Source of the DNA: Halocafeteria seosinensis
Taxonomy: Eukaryota
Direction of reading: 5' to 3'
DNA: 23,710 bases
Assembly (NCBI GenBank): GCA_001687465.1
Contig: LVLI01000599.1
Location: 62,001-85,710, forward strand
This document shows, piece by piece, positions 22,154 to 23,710 of this stretch. The notes under the pieces are model-generated. The model was given only the letters and a program-made list of their open reading frames with translations. It made no database searches and was not told where the DNA came from. Both the position numbers and the translations under genes were made by a program. Numbering within the stretch: the first letter of the stretch is position 1; each line of letters begins with the position of its first letter.

Positions 22154-23336
22154 TCATTTTCCGTTCGCTAGTGTGCAAACAATGTCTGCTGGTTGTCCGG
22201 TGAAAGTTTGTGCCACTTGGGAGCTGACTGTCTCATTGCGGGGTGCAAAATATTTTTCAATCTCACGCATGTCGATCTGGGGGCATCCAGTGATTGAGAT
22301 GGTGAAATAATGATGAAGAGATCGTTGATTGGCAGCAGTTGCTTATATCTAAATTCCGCAGTTTAGACAGATGCTGAAAGGCTGAATCCTATATTGTCGT
22401 TTGGCTGTACGACTTAATGCAAAGTGTCGGTAAACCGCTCAAATGCGCGAAGGCTTGTTATTTCGTTTTTAATAACGATGCCGATTACTGGTCCCATATC
22501 CAATAACGTTAACTTTGACAGGAAAGAGAATGCCCTATCCGTTATCGCTTTGCGCTTGCTGATATCCACGAACGGAGATTGGTCGGATGTTTGGATGCTT
22601 CGTTCTGAACGTCGCCTTCAGCAACATTGAGGGATATTAAATCATGTAGATGCTGAAAGGTGCCAGCCGTAATCCTTGATCTCGAGCATTTCTGCAATCG
22701 CAAACGCGACAGTGCGGTCAGATTGTACAGCGTTGCCTCCAGATATGTCCAAGGACGACAAGTTGCTCACCTGGGCAAACAGATTATTTGTAATAAACTG
22801 TTCGTTGCAGTCGGAAGCTTTCAGATATCGTAGGTCGGGTAGATGCCTCAAGTCGTTGGTAGACCCTGGCAGCTGACGACACAAACTGATGTCCAATGCT
22901 TTATACTCACTAGCTCCTTGAAAACTGCCCGTGTAATCGTCCGTTGGGTGCACGTCCTCATATTCAATTTTGTTAGTTTGGACATATGTCTATAGCCCTT
23001 ATCCGTGGTGGTTGACCGTGTACAATAGGACATGTCGAGGTTCCGCAACTATCTCAAGTATCGGAAACATTGTTCGGTAAATTGAGGAACGGGTGCAACC
23101 TCTCATGCTCAATCTTTTTAACTTGAATAAGTGACTAAATGCTTTATCGGTAATCCTGAAATGGTGGTCTATCTTTAAATGGTTCAATCTCAGTAGATGC
23201 TGAAACGTTCCATCTGAAAGCTGTTGCATGGTCAGGCTTGATGATTGGAGCAAGTTGTTTGTTAGTGCTCCCTGTTGGCAGAAGACTTTGCATGTCCAGG
23301 GAGGAAACGGTAGCCTTCGTCAGTAATGTTTGGTCG
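22154..23336 (-). pseudogene. Degraded intronless leucine-rich-repeat gene (L..LD(M/I)S.C.Q.TITD.AF.HL-type repeats)
   Basis: LRR units are spread over three frames: NITDEGYRFL, LSDGTFQHLLRLNHLKI, ITDKAFSHLFKLKRLSMRGC, LRNLDMSYCTRSTTTDKGYRHMSKLTKLNM, LRYLKASDCNEQFITNNLF, ITAGTFQHLHDLISLNV, ITDRAFSFLSKLTLLDM and TI*DSAFQHLSKLRNLDISNCCQSTIS. There are several frameshifts and an in-frame TAG at 22389-22391. Confidence 0.8.
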
Positions 23337-23559
23337 CGAGATCATTCCTTTCGCTGTGGAGGCCACTGGAGGCTTTGGAGTTCGTGCAGTTGCGTTATTG
23401 AAGCGGTTGTCGAGACTGCATGTCACGAGGCTGGCGTGTGTAGGTGAACGGAAGGACTTTCGGAAATTGGTGACTGCCAAGATTTCGGTTTGTCTGATGC
23501 GCGAGAATGTGCACATGATAGATCATTTCTTGGGGAATCTTGGGTCACTTGTAGAGTAA
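23337..23559 (+). mobile_element. 3'-terminal ORF fragment of a non-LTR retrotransposon with restriction-like endonuclease (CRE-like clade), 5'-truncated
   Basis: IIPFAVEATGGFGVRAVALLKRL...KISVCLMRENVHMI resembles the C-terminal RLE pattern F.P...E..G..G..A...L..L...(I/L)S..L.R.N...I of CRE-type elements. No RT domain is present in the window. Confidence 0.7.
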
Positions 23560-23624
23560 TGTTAGGTGTGTGTATTGTATACGTCCTACCGGAAGAATCT
23601 ACGAGCAAGATGATACCATTCTAC

Positions 23625-23710
23625 TTACGTTTCAAATTGCGCGGTAGTCACGAAATGCCGGATCATTTTGACGTTCTCTCTCATCAAGCACAGGCTTAGC
23701 CGAGACATCA
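23625..23710 (-). mobile_element. Extreme 3' end of a second, diverged copy of the same retroelement family, entering from the right edge of the window
   Basis: The minus strand from 23708 to 23625 translates as MSRLSLCLMRENVKMIRHFVTTAQFET*, aligning with AKISVCLMRENVHMIDHFL of the plus-strand copy. Confidence 0.7.

Noticed and set aside
1..23710. Prokaryotic systems (operons, CRISPR, defence islands), tRNA or rRNA genes
   Set aside because: The DNA is intron-containing and eukaryotic. I saw no repeat-spacer array, cloverleaf or rRNA-like segment by eye.

Overview
This is gene-dense eukaryotic (protist-like) nuclear DNA, not prokaryotic: the fragmented ORF track is explained by 33 short GT-AG spliceosomal introns, 31 of them 59-79 nt long. 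I rebuilt ten protein-coding genes by hand, each splicing to an open frame. They are a 5'-truncated AidB-type acyl-CoA dehydrogenase, a PPPDE/DeSI peptidase, ARMC6, a secreted PqaA/AprA-family hydrolase, 40S protein S12, a SIRT2-type sirtuin, a Pho80/CYCP-type cyclin, a dynamin-related GTPase, an NPC1-like sterol transporter and a TMF1-like golgin. The last ~1.6 kb is decayed accessory DNA. It holds an intronless, frameshifted LRR pseudogene abutting the 3' end of a CRE-like (restriction-like endonuclease) non-LTR retrotransposon, plus a second, diverged copy of that element family facing it tail-to-tail that the ORF track misses. Other points of interest are an NPC1 homolog with no N-terminal sterol-binding domain, a PPPDE peptidase ending in a p97-binding VIM consensus, a bacterial-type AidB with introns and a transit-peptide-like extension, and strict strand alternation with very tight convergent gene ends. 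Family assignments come from motif recognition, not database searches. I found no evidence for a coherent novel multi-gene system.
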